Origin: Acidobacteriota bacterium
GTDB taxonomy: Bacteria > Acidobacteriota > UBA6911 > RPQK01 > JAJDTT01
Length of the DNA stretch: 64,000 nucleotides
NCBI GenBank assembly: GCA_965263035.1
Contig: OZ253580.1
Location: forward strand, 4,928,001 to 4,992,000
Reading direction: 5' to 3'
The position numbers and the translations under genes are program-made. Below the pieces are notes generated by a model. The model was not told the origin of the DNA, ran no database searches, and worked only from the letters and a program-made list of their open reading frames with translations. Below are positions 28,705 to 38,306 of the stretch, piece by piece; the first letter of the stretch is position 1; every line of letters starts with the position of its first letter.

Positions 28705-29715
28705 ATGAACCGGCGTAAGTTCCTCTATGCAACGACGTTGCCGCCTCTGCTGGGGGCGAGGACCGGGATGAGTCTGTCAACCCACTTTCAGGGCCAGAGG
28801 TGGAGGAAACTGAAGCTCATTTTTGCCGACGGAGATGAAGGCGGCTGGGACCGGCGCCCGTCCGCTCCTCACGTCGTCCAGTCCGGCGATCAACTGCGCA
28901 TGTACTACATGAGCATCGAGGGTCAGCGGAGGCGAATCGGCCTTGCGGAAGCTGACATTTCCGATCCACTGAGTTGGAGGAAAGCTTCGAACCAGCCGCT
29001 TTTGGACTTCGGTGCGCCCGGGTCGATCGATTCCCACTGGGTGAGTTATCCCTGGGTGCTGCCCGTCACCGAGAAACACTGGCACATGTATTACTGTGGG
29101 TGGGGCGGAGACTATCACCCCTTCGGCAGGTTCAAAGCCTATCGGACCACTCTGGCCGAGAGCGACGACGCCGGCCTGACCTGGAAACGCAGCGGCCGGG
29201 CCCTGCTGGAATTGGGAAGGCCCTTTTCCTGCGACGAGCACGGCACTGGTTCCTGCGCCGTCATGAAGGTCGGTTCGCAGTATTGGATGTGGTATACGGC
29301 CGTCGTGCGCTGGCCTGAGACGCACAGCAAGATTTCCATTGCCCTTGCCGTTTCAAACGACGGGGGCCATACCTTCAGGCCACATCCCGCGGGCGCGTTG
29401 ATCAGTATTCCGCCCCGGCTTGACTCCTACTTTTCAACCTGTTCCAAGCCTTTCGTGGAGAAGACCGGGAGCGGCTTTCGAATGTGGTTCAGCGTAGTAG
29501 AAGACCAGCGCCGTCTCTACCGAGTTCACTATGCCGAGAGCCCGGACGGAATACGGTGGAAGTGGTGGCCCGACCCGGTTCTAGAGACCAGTGAGTCGGG
29601 TTGGGACAGCGAAATGACCTGCTATCCGTCCATTTGGCACTCCGCGGAACACACCTACATGTTCTATGACGGCAATCGCTTTGCTGGAATCGGAGTGGCA
29701 GAGCTGGTGGGTTGA
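28705..29715 (+). CDS. Tat-exported beta-propeller glycosidase-like protein (GH32/43/130-like clan)
   Basis: MNRRKFL Tat signal; repeated WD...P.V.....MYY and AES.DG..W blades. Confidence 0.7.
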   Translation: MNRRKFLYATTLPPLLGARTGMSLSTHFQGQRWRKLKLIFADGDEGGWDRRPSAPHVVQSGDQLRMYYMSIEGQRRRIGLAEADISDPLSWRKASNQPLLDFGAPGSIDSHWVSYPWVLPVTEKHWHMYYCGWGGDYHPFGRFKAYRTTLAESDDAGLTWKRSGRALLELGRPFSCDEHGTGSCAVMKVGSQYWMWYTAVVRWPETHSKISIALAVSNDGGHTFRPHPAGALISIPPRLDSYFSTCSKPFVEKTGSGFRMWFSVVEDQRRLYRVHYAESPDGIRWKWWPDPVLETSESGWDSEMTCYPSIWHSAEHTYMFYDGNRFAGIGVAELVG

Positions 29716-29723
29716 AGAGAGAC

Positions 29724-31478
29724 TCATCGAGCGGATGCGTAGAAGCGGAAGTCATCCAGAGCGCCTTTGAAAAACCTGCCCATGTCGTGGGTCAGGTCCC
29801 GGCTCAATGGTGCTCTGTTTTGGACGGGCTTCTGAAAATCCAGCTCCGCCCCCATCGAGAGAATGGAACGACCCGTTCTCCTTCCGCCCGGGTGAGGCGC
29901 CGCTGCAACGAGCTGCCCGTCCAGATACAGGCTGATCTTGGCGGCCTCTTCACTGTATTCCGCCCGGAGGTGCTGCCACTCGTGCAAGACAACTGGTCGG
30001 GAACCCCGACATCGAGTAAAGCCATCGGCAGCGTCTGACCTTCCCACCTCGAAGAAAGGCCGTCCCCGGCCGTCGATCCCGATACGCCATTCCCGGCTCG
30101 GAAAGCCCGAAAACATCCCTTCCACGTTGGACTTGCTCACCAGAGCCTGTGGGCGGCTCACGTCGCCCGGCCACAGATAAAACGAGATCCTGAAGCTTGC
30201 GCGCCCAAGAAGCGGCAGGTGGTGCGACCACAAAAAGTCGTCCTGACCGTCGAACTCGTAGGCCCTTCCCGTCTCTGGACGGGCACCCGGTCGTCCCACC
30301 ACGGCACCCTCGTTCCGGCCCCGGTGCCCAAACGCTGTTTTGTCTTCCAAATGGCTGCCCCCGGCTTCATCCAGAGGCCAGTGACAGACCAGACTGTCGG
30401 AGGGTGAGCCATCAAGGTATCCGAAGCCGTAGCCAATGGCACCCACGTACCTGGCGTTGGCCCGACCTCCCCGTTCCCGTACCCCGTTCCACCACATCTG
30501 AACCCGGCCGTCCGGCAGGATCAAGACGCCTGGCTCGTAGGTCGCCCAGTTATCCCAGCTGAAGGGAGTCGTCGCTGCCAGGGGATTCGCCGTCCCGGGC
30601 GCAAAGTCGAGTCCGTCCCGGGAAACGGCATACCCTAGATTGTAAGGTGCCGACCAGGTGCTGCAGAACAGATAATACAAACCTCCATGCCGGACGACGC
30701 AGGGACCGGCCAACCCGCGGGCCGGCTGCCAGGCGTCGCGGGCATTCCAGGCAGGAGTGTGGTTGCCATCCCCATCGGCGGGAACGGTAAAGTCTAGTCC
30801 GTCAGGGGAGACGGCATAGCCGATGTGGTCGAAGTTACCGGAAGTCTCGGCCTGAAAGTACATGATGTAGCCCCCTTCAGGCCGTTCAACGACGGAAGGT
30901 TCGCCGGCAGTGAGAATCGGCAGGCCGTTGATCTTCTTTCCCTCCAGTTGCGCCGCACCCAGGACCAGACGGTAATTCTTCCAGTGAGTACCGTCCGGGC
31001 TGTCGGCGTAGCCGATCTGCTCGATGCCGTTGGCCGAAAAGTACATCCGGTAGAGTCCCCCCTGCTTGAAGCCCCAAGGCTCCAACACCTCCTTGTTGCA
31101 CCAGGGGTAGTCCGGGTTGGGGAGAAAGCGTCGAGCAGGATCCTTGACCCAGTGAACTCCGTCGCGGGAGGAGGCATAGGCGATAGTCCACCGGTGTCCG
31201 GCGTCATAGGGGGGATATTCGATGGCTTCATACCACATCTCGTAGATGCCATCGACCAACTGCACACAGGGCTCGCCCAGGTAGCCCTCGTCATACGAGC
31301 CGGGCGGTCCATTATCGAGGACGGGGCTCGGGTATTTGAAAATCTCCAGGCTGGGTACATCCTGTCCGGCACCGTGCTCCTCCAGGCCGGGGTCCGCGAC
31401 ACAGCCTGTGAGCAGTGAAGCCGTGAGAGTGAGAGTTGCGCCTACAACGGGGATTCGGGCTGGTCTCCGGGCAGGCAT
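29724..31478 (-). CDS. lipoprotein: beta-propeller glycosidase-like domain plus C-terminal LamG/concanavalin-like domain
   Basis: LLTGC lipobox; EP.V...YEMWY..YASSRDG..W blades; HWPLDE...FDG...WQH...LYLDG...FKGALDDFRFY. Confidence 0.75.
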   Translation of the reverse strand: MPARRPARIPVVGATLTLTASLLTGCVADPGLEEHGAGQDVPSLEIFKYPSPVLDNGPPGSYDEGYLGEPCVQLVDGIYEMWYEAIEYPPYDAGHRWTIAYASSRDGVHWVKDPARRFLPNPDYPWCNKEVLEPWGFKQGGLYRMYFSANGIEQIGYADSPDGTHWKNYRLVLGAAQLEGKKINGLPILTAGEPSVVERPEGGYIMYFQAETSGNFDHIGYAVSPDGLDFTVPADGDGNHTPAWNARDAWQPARGLAGPCVVRHGGLYYLFCSTWSAPYNLGYAVSRDGLDFAPGTANPLAATTPFSWDNWATYEPGVLILPDGRVQMWWNGVRERGGRANARYVGAIGYGFGYLDGSPSDSLVCHWPLDEAGGSHLEDKTAFGHRGRNEGAVVGRPGARPETGRAYEFDGQDDFLWSHHLPLLGRASFRISFYLWPGDVSRPQALVSKSNVEGMFSGFPSREWRIGIDGRGRPFFEVGRSDAADGFTRCRGSRPVVLHEWQHLRAEYSEEAAKISLYLDGQLVAAAPHPGGRRTGRSILSMGAELDFQKPVQNRAPLSRDLTHDMGRFFKGALDDFRFYASAR

Positions 31479-31661
31479 CGTCCTCTCCGGGTTCGTCGTT
31501 ATCGACTATTTGAGAGACACGATAGCATTAAAGCCTTTCAAATCCTGACCGTATTTGAGCGGTCCGCGCTACATGGAAAAGTAGCTCAGGAAGTGGCCCG
31601 TCCTTGAGTCTTCAGTCTGGTCAGGCAGGGGAGAGGTTTGGGAACGGGTCCGGGGGCCCTC

Positions 31662-33302
31662 TCAGCGACCGGCCTCTGCTGCCACCTCAAATCTCTCGGA
31701 GACTCGAACTTCTTTTTCCTGGATCAGATCCTTCACCGTCACGGTGATCTCATAGCTTCCCGGCTCAAAGCTCTGAAGGGAGATGGGCAGGACCAGCACG
31801 ACTCTCTGCTCGGAGAGATATTGCATCGACTTACCAATGATGTCGATGAACTGCGCGACGGGGTGTCCGTCATTTGCCACCCGGTACGCGACCCTCAGTG
31901 AGGGCCTCATTGCGGTCTGATCCAGGGCAACGTTGTACACCTGGAGATAAAAGTTGAGATTCTCTGAGGGCCGGAAGACTTTGTCGAGGCTCGGTCGAAT
32001 GTGCAAGTCCCCCAGAACGAACATCGCATGGCGCTCCGGGGCGCTCTCCAGTCGTGTGATTCGATTCGAGAGCAGAATCGAGCTGACTGATAGCTCAGAC
32101 CGGTGAGGCGGTGGAATCAATACCACACGGCGTACACCCACGCGCCCACTGATGAGATCCTTGATGATCAGGTCCAGCTTGTAGCGGCCCTTTCGTTCCA
32201 GCACCAAAACTCTTTGATAGACGGAGCGGGCGGTCCGGGCCCGATAATCGCTCACCAGATCCGCTTCGAATTCGTCCACAATCCGATTCGACAAATTGGT
32301 TACGATTCCATAGACCGCCATGCGGGCCCGCCTTCCATGCTCTTCCTCACCGAAAGTGAGTTCACGATCGTGGATTTCGACACTTACGGGTACGAGGGCG
32401 CGCGTCTCGTCGAGGCCGAAATAATCGACCCGGTGAGAAAAGGGAAGGTCCTGGTAAGTGACGTCGATCTCCACGAGGCGTTTCAGATCACGATGCTTGA
32501 GGGGTTTGGCGTGCCGGATTTTAGTAAACGTTTCATAGCGGTCGAAGGCGGTGTCCCGGGATCGAAAGCTTCGGAGATTGGCGTTTCCGGGCGACGTAAA
32601 GGTCGTCCCTTCCAGGGATTCGTCGCGCTGAATCATCTCAGCGATCGTATTACCTGCGCCGGCCACATTGAGCAGGGCGTCCTTCTCGTCGGGGTTGAGG
32701 GCGAGCCTGTACTCCCCACTCCAAGAAGAGTCTACGAACTCCAGGATGACATCGGAACCAAGGCCTTCTACGAAGCGGTACCTCCAGACTTCGAACGGAT
32801 GAGCTACGGTCGTTCCTCCTCCCTCTTCAAGGGGCCGCTCATACCTCCCGCCGGAAGGATGCGCCTCGATCTCGTCGGGTGGCCCGTGAATGATGTAGAT
32901 GCGGCCTCGATCATTCATCCATCCGGGAAAGCCGCTCGCGAATCTCTCGTTGGCATAGGCGATCCGGCGATAGTGTTCCTCCTTGAACTCGTTGGCGGCA
33001 CTGCGCGGATCCGGATCTCTTTGAAACCAGAACTGTTCGATGAACTGCTCCTTTTCTTCCGGGGCGGTCAGACTCTCGAAGACTGCGCGCTCTGCCTTGG
33101 AGATTACGTAGACGACGTCCTCGTCCAACCAGCGTCGAAAGTAGTCTTCCGCCTCCTCTTTGAGCTGACCTTGAGACGGGGACTTCCCGGACTTGTTCTC
33201 CTGGGCTCCAGCCTGGATCGGAACCTTCAGCAAAGAGGACAAGAGGAAAGCAATCAGTAACCGACGGAGAATCCTTTCGAAAGAAAGAATGGGGGGGCTC
33301 AC
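31662..33302 (-). CDS. GWxTD domain protein
   Basis: RWLDEDVVYVI...FIEQFW..RDP...NEFKEEHYRRIAYANE.F....GWMNDRGRIYI.HGPPD. Confidence 0.9.
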   Translation of the reverse strand: MSPPILSFERILRRLLIAFLLSSLLKVPIQAGAQENKSGKSPSQGQLKEEAEDYFRRWLDEDVVYVISKAERAVFESLTAPEEKEQFIEQFWFQRDPDPRSAANEFKEEHYRRIAYANERFASGFPGWMNDRGRIYIIHGPPDEIEAHPSGGRYERPLEEGGGTTVAHPFEVWRYRFVEGLGSDVILEFVDSSWSGEYRLALNPDEKDALLNVAGAGNTIAEMIQRDESLEGTTFTSPGNANLRSFRSRDTAFDRYETFTKIRHAKPLKHRDLKRLVEIDVTYQDLPFSHRVDYFGLDETRALVPVSVEIHDRELTFGEEEHGRRARMAVYGIVTNLSNRIVDEFEADLVSDYRARTARSVYQRVLVLERKGRYKLDLIIKDLISGRVGVRRVVLIPPPHRSELSVSSILLSNRITRLESAPERHAMFVLGDLHIRPSLDKVFRPSENLNFYLQVYNVALDQTAMRPSLRVAYRVANDGHPVAQFIDIIGKSMQYLSEQRVVLVLPISLQSFEPGSYEITVTVKDLIQEKEVRVSERFEVAAEAGR

Positions 33303-33374
33303 TTCCTGATTCTACACAAAGCCTGAAGGTACTGGAACGGCTACCGTCCGGTTCGAGGACCGCCTTGAAGATAT

Positions 33375-33534
33375 CAGTCCGTGGTGAAAGTCGCGCGAGC
33401 ACCGAGACCGGTCCTGCGCCCGCCGGACCAGGCGCTTCGGAGGGAGCATACCGGGAGTATGTGAGCCGATAGCAACGCAGTCCGCGCACGATGCAGGGAC
33501 GGTCGAATGCCGTGACGACTTTCGCCACGGGCCG
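33375..33534 (+). mobile_element. fold-back MITE, family 2, copy A
   Basis: CAGTCCGTGGTGAAAGTC...GACTTTCGCCACGGGCCG; ATAT on both sides. Confidence 0.85.
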
Positions 33535-33772
33535 ATATGGTTCGGTGGCCGTCGGCCGAATGGCCGGCTTTTCCTGTTCTCGAAAACCGGTGTCGATCGG
33601 CCCGTCGAAAAAAGCCCCATTTCGCCCGTTAATGCTAACGTTGAGGCGGTCTAACGATAGATTCCAGGAGTGTAAATCAGAGGATCGGGCCAGCGTAGAG
33701 AAGATCCGTAATTGACATAAAGAGGGCCGTGGTTTTCTCCCCTATTCGAGATCCCGGGGCGTTTGCCTTGTT

Positions 33773-36475
33773 CTACTTCAAACTAAATGAATAGAGCTTG
33801 GGGGATCCCCCTGTGGCGGCCAGATGGAACTTGATCTGGAACGAATCCCGCTTCAGCCCATCGAGGCTTCTTCCTTGCTCCCATTCGACTCTCCAAGCCA
33901 CCGAGTCCCCCTCAAACCGGGGACTCTCCTCTCTGGAATACCCCGGCAGGGGCCGTCCGGAGGCGGGATCGATCAGCTCGAATTGCAGAGAGCCGCCCTC
34001 GCTGCAGTCGGCGTTCACGTAAAGTTCAGAAGCCGTGCCGGGGCCGATGGGAATGGTGGTGAGACTCCCTCGAGCCCGGTCCTTCACCAACTCCAGATGG
34101 GTAAAACCGTCCAGTCTCAGTGTAGCCACGCCCCCTGAGGGCTGTCCTTCCGCCCAGGGCGAACTGCGCCAGCCTCCGTAGTACAGCTTGATATCTTTGC
34201 CATCCACCAGGGGCACGGACGGTGCGACCATGTCCGAGTCCCAGGCGTCCGGAGCGCCGCGAGTGATCACCTTCTCGCCGGGCTGGATGAATACGAAGTA
34301 CTCTCCGTCACGGCTCGCGGCCAGTTCCACATCCATGTTCGTACCGCTGTGCTGGTATTGATACAGGGCCAAGTAGTAGCCGTGGTGCTTCCACACCACC
34401 ACATCATGGATCTGTTCCACCTTGCCACTTCTCACGACCGGTATGCTTCGGGCAAAGGGGTCAAAAATGGGGTTCTGAGGATGCCCCGTCCAGTGAACGG
34501 CATCCGGACTGTAGCCGTAGGCTCCCCCGCGGCGGCTGATATTCAGAGAAGTAAAACCGTAAGCCTTGTACCTCTTTCCCGGATCTTGTTCCGCCTCGTC
34601 GAAGAAAAGGGACATCGGCACGAAAGAACTGGGCTGGCCGGCAGGAAAGGAGATGTTCCCTGCCACCTGCTCCCTCCACTGGATTCCGTCGGGTGAGGTG
34701 AACAGGGTCCAGCGCTGCTGCTCCGGCAGCTGCGGCGCACTCGATTCTTGGAGGGGATCCCGGTCCCACTTAAGCAATTTATACCTCTTCGCCGGGTCCG
34801 CCTCGTGGGTGTCACGATGGATGCCCCCCGCAAAAATGGGCTTGTAAACCGGGGCCGGGGGAAGTCCCGGAACCAGATTCGTACGCTCCCGGCCTCCGAA
34901 GGGAACCATCCCCAGATCGACTTTCTTGAAATCGTAACCGTCCTGACTCTCCGCGTAACCGATCCGCCGCATTGGTACGGGGCCCGACTCAGGCCACTTG
35001 GACCCGGGCTCGCGGAAGACCCCCGAATACCACATTCGATACACGCCGTTCTCTTTCAGGACGCCCAATTGCGAGGCTCCCCCGGCATCAAAATCGCCGG
35101 CTGCTCCCCTCCCGATCACCGGGTTTCCCTCGTATTTCGTGGCCTCGTTGACCTTCAGTCGCAGACCGTCCAGGGCTTGCAACTCCTTCAGATCCAAAAA
35201 CAAAACTGTCGTTCCGGATGTGGCCGTTAGAGATGGGACCGGCATCGTGTGATAGGCCGTCGTGGGAAACCGGCTTTCATGGGTGATGGAGACACCGATC
35301 CCTTCAGCCTCCTCAGCCATCCTCTCCTCCACCGCCAGCCGCTCGATGGAGAGATGATTTTCATCCATTCTGGGCGTATTGCGCGTGAGCCAGTAGGCGT
35401 TCAAGATCGGACTCCACTGCTTTTCCAGCCAGCGGGCGTAAAACACGTGCTGGCGGGTGCCGTTGACGAAGAAAACCCAGGGGATGCCGTAGCGGTCGAC
35501 GGCAAACCTGGGCGAGTGACAGAAATCCCACGCGAATCTTTCGTCCTCACCGGTGAGAGGAAAGTTTTTCTTGTTTTTGTCCCCTGGAAACACGGATCTC
35601 AACTCCGCTGTTCCGGACTCATGGACAGCCAGTATTCCAGCGGGTGTCTCCACCAGGGCCGGCCGATACGCCCAGAGCTTCCAGGGTCCGGCGGGCACGG
35701 AAGAGGAGGTCCGGGTTTCTGCAGCAGACCCTTCGAGCGTCTCTTGCAGATCTGAAGGCTCTTTGCTGAGATAGAAACCACGCCCTTCCCGGTTATGCCA
35801 CGCCAGGTGAAAGCGTCCGACGCTGTCAATGAGGAGAGCGGGCGGAGAATGGCTGTCTCCGGCCGCGACCTCGAAAGATTCCCATTTTCCTCCCCTTGTG
35901 CTCCCCAGGTGCAGGGAAACGTCGTCCCCCGCCCCGGCGGTCCATGCCAGCCAGACGTCTCCGTTGGGCGCCTGCCTGACGTCACCCACCAGCGAATCCG
36001 CCTCAGCCAGAATCAGCGCTCCCCGCCTCCCATCGGCCGGATTCACCCAGGGTAGTTCCTCTCCGGCCTGCAGACGCTTCTTGAGTCGATCCAGTCTCAT
36101 CAAGCTGTAACCGGAAAGGCCCTTTTCAGTGCTCCAGACAAAATGAAGACGTCCGGCGCCATCAAGCGCCATGCCGGCGCCGCCCATCGATTCTCGGGCA
36201 CTCCGGGGAGGGACGAGGTCGGCCGGGGGAAGAAAGTCCTCGAGTGATCGAGGTCTGGTGTTTTTTGAGATTCGAAGTGCGAAGCCGGCCCGTCCCTCAG
36301 GTCCCCTCCTGGCCGTCAGGAGGTAGCGGATCCCCTCGCTGTCTCGCACCACCCACCTGCTGATGGCCCGATCGAACTCTCGAAGCAACAGCCTGCTGGG
36401 GCCGGCGAGAAGGGGAGAACATAGGTGTAAGAGCGCCGGAATCGCGAGCAGCAAAAGGGAGCGGACTTTCGGCAT
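33773..36475 (-). CDS. secreted protein: unknown N-terminal domain plus beta-propeller hydrolase-like family domain
   Basis: Signal peptide; YRMWYSG..GYAESQDG, SPDG..W, ASRDG, LRLDGF, KLYSF. Confidence 0.72.
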   Translation of the reverse strand: MPKVRSLLLLAIPALLHLCSPLLAGPSRLLLREFDRAISRWVVRDSEGIRYLLTARRGPEGRAGFALRISKNTRPRSLEDFLPPADLVPPRSARESMGGAGMALDGAGRLHFVWSTEKGLSGYSLMRLDRLKKRLQAGEELPWVNPADGRRGALILAEADSLVGDVRQAPNGDVWLAWTAGAGDDVSLHLGSTRGGKWESFEVAAGDSHSPPALLIDSVGRFHLAWHNREGRGFYLSKEPSDLQETLEGSAAETRTSSSVPAGPWKLWAYRPALVETPAGILAVHESGTAELRSVFPGDKNKKNFPLTGEDERFAWDFCHSPRFAVDRYGIPWVFFVNGTRQHVFYARWLEKQWSPILNAYWLTRNTPRMDENHLSIERLAVEERMAEEAEGIGVSITHESRFPTTAYHTMPVPSLTATSGTTVLFLDLKELQALDGLRLKVNEATKYEGNPVIGRGAAGDFDAGGASQLGVLKENGVYRMWYSGVFREPGSKWPESGPVPMRRIGYAESQDGYDFKKVDLGMVPFGGRERTNLVPGLPPAPVYKPIFAGGIHRDTHEADPAKRYKLLKWDRDPLQESSAPQLPEQQRWTLFTSPDGIQWREQVAGNISFPAGQPSSFVPMSLFFDEAEQDPGKRYKAYGFTSLNISRRGGAYGYSPDAVHWTGHPQNPIFDPFARSIPVVRSGKVEQIHDVVVWKHHGYYLALYQYQHSGTNMDVELAASRDGEYFVFIQPGEKVITRGAPDAWDSDMVAPSVPLVDGKDIKLYYGGWRSSPWAEGQPSGGVATLRLDGFTHLELVKDRARGSLTTIPIGPGTASELYVNADCSEGGSLQFELIDPASGRPLPGYSREESPRFEGDSVAWRVEWEQGRSLDGLKRDSFQIKFHLAATGGSPKLYSFSLK

Positions 36476-36740
36476 GGAGAATTTCAGATTCCTGTCCCTT
36501 CGATCCTCCCCAGGGCAGCCTTTTCTCAGCCGGGCAGCACTGAGCTTTGTTCTGGTACAATCTGAGTTCATAAGCCCGTGCTCCCGTGATTCCGTAAGTC
36601 GTTGTTAAAAAAGAACTTATAGCACAGAACCCGGCATATATCCAGGTTTCCGGCGAGAACTGCGGGCAAGGAGGCTGGACTCGACGTTCCGAAGAGCGTT
36701 TCAGGACCGAAGATTGTCATCATCGCAGAGGAGATGGAGA

Positions 36741-38306
36741 GTGAACGGGACCACCAATCGTCGCACCTTTTTGAATCAGATCCCCTTGATAACGGCAGTT
36801 GCTGCCATGCGTCCGGCCTTACGGGCCAGCCCGGGTCGGGAGAGCACCGATGAGGTCATTCCCATGGGGTCGCGTCGCGAGTTGTTCCTGGACGACTTCA
36901 TGATCGAGCAGCTCTCAGGCAAAGCCCAGCTTCGACTTCATCATCCGATCTTTCGTGAGGTCGTGATCGAACATGACGCACCTTGGGAAGGAAACGCCAG
37001 CGGGTGCCACACCGTACTCCAGGATGGCGACGGCTACCGCATGTACTATCGCGGTTGGAACTTCAACACCCTCCCGGGCAAACTCGTATTCGACGGCAAA
37101 CCGGTCACCTGTGTTGCCCAGAGCCAGGATGGAATTCACTGGGTCAAGCCCGAACTCGGCATTGTCGAATACGAGGGATCGAAACAAAACAACATCATTG
37201 TGGATGGAATTGGCACTCATAATTTCATGCCCGTGATCGACGAGAACCCCGCCTGCCCGAGGGAGGAACGGTACAAGGCATTGGCCGGAATCAAGAGAGA
37301 GGGCGGACTGTTCGCCTATAAGTCCCCGGATGGCATCCACTGGTCCTTGATGCACGAAGAACCCGTAATCACCAGCGGTGCGTTTGATTCTGCCAACCTT
37401 GGCTTCTGGGATCCCACCATCGGCCTGTACCGTGCCTATTGGCGAACCTTCACCGGCGGAGTCACCGAAAAGGACAATTGGAAACCGGCTGGATACCGAG
37501 CCATTCGAACCGCCACTTCCGGAGATTTCCTTGACTGGGACGACTACGCCGATTTGACCTATGTCGATTCTCCCGAAGAGCATATGTATATAAACAACGT
37601 GGCGCCCTACGACCGGGCCCCCCACATCCTGGTGGGAACACCGCAACGATATATCGAACGAGGTTGGTCAGCTTCGATGAAAGCTCTTCCGGACCTCGAG
37701 AAACGAGAATTGAGAGCCAGCTCGCATCAGCGCTTCGGGACTGCTTTGACCGAAACCCTGATCATGGCAAGTCGTGATGGTGTGAAGTTCAAGCGCTGGA
37801 ATGAAGGGTTTATTCGACCTGGCATTCAACGTGATGATTCGTGGTACTACGCACACCAGACAGTGGCCTGGAAGATGCTGGAAACGAAAGCGGCCCGAGC
37901 CGGAGCCCCCAATGAATTGTCCTTTTATGCCTCCTCGGCCTATTGGCACGGCAAAGGTGGAAAGATGAGCCGCTATACACTGCGCCTGGATGGTTTTGTC
38001 TCAGCCTCGGCGCCGATGCAGGGTGGCGAGTTGCTGACCCGAGTCTTGAAGTTTGAAGGAAGCAAGTTGAAGGTGAACTTTGCCAGCTCGGCGGCGGGCA
38101 CACTCAAGGTTGAAATCCAGGACGCCAAGGGCCGTCCAATCCCCGGCTACTCGCTGCCGGAAGCGGATGAGACCTTCGGGGATGAGATCGACCGAACGGT
38201 TTCCTGGAGCGGTTCCACGGATGTCAGCAGGATTGCGGGTCAGGCTGTACGTCTGCGCTTTACCTTGCAGGATACGGACCTGTATGCGTTTCAGTTTGTG
38301 GAATGA
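36741..38306 (+). CDS. Tat-exported beta-propeller hydrolase-like family protein
   Basis: NRRTFL; GSRRELFLDD, HDAPWEG, FDSAN..FWD, YTLRLDGFVS, DLYAFQF; close paralogue of 44250-45806. Confidence 0.78.
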   Translation: MNGTTNRRTFLNQIPLITAVAAMRPALRASPGRESTDEVIPMGSRRELFLDDFMIEQLSGKAQLRLHHPIFREVVIEHDAPWEGNASGCHTVLQDGDGYRMYYRGWNFNTLPGKLVFDGKPVTCVAQSQDGIHWVKPELGIVEYEGSKQNNIIVDGIGTHNFMPVIDENPACPREERYKALAGIKREGGLFAYKSPDGIHWSLMHEEPVITSGAFDSANLGFWDPTIGLYRAYWRTFTGGVTEKDNWKPAGYRAIRTATSGDFLDWDDYADLTYVDSPEEHMYINNVAPYDRAPHILVGTPQRYIERGWSASMKALPDLEKRELRASSHQRFGTALTETLIMASRDGVKFKRWNEGFIRPGIQRDDSWYYAHQTVAWKMLETKAARAGAPNELSFYASSAYWHGKGGKMSRYTLRLDGFVSASAPMQGGELLTRVLKFEGSKLKVNFASSAAGTLKVEIQDAKGRPIPGYSLPEADETFGDEIDRTVSWSGSTDVSRIAGQAVRLRFTLQDTDLYAFQFVE

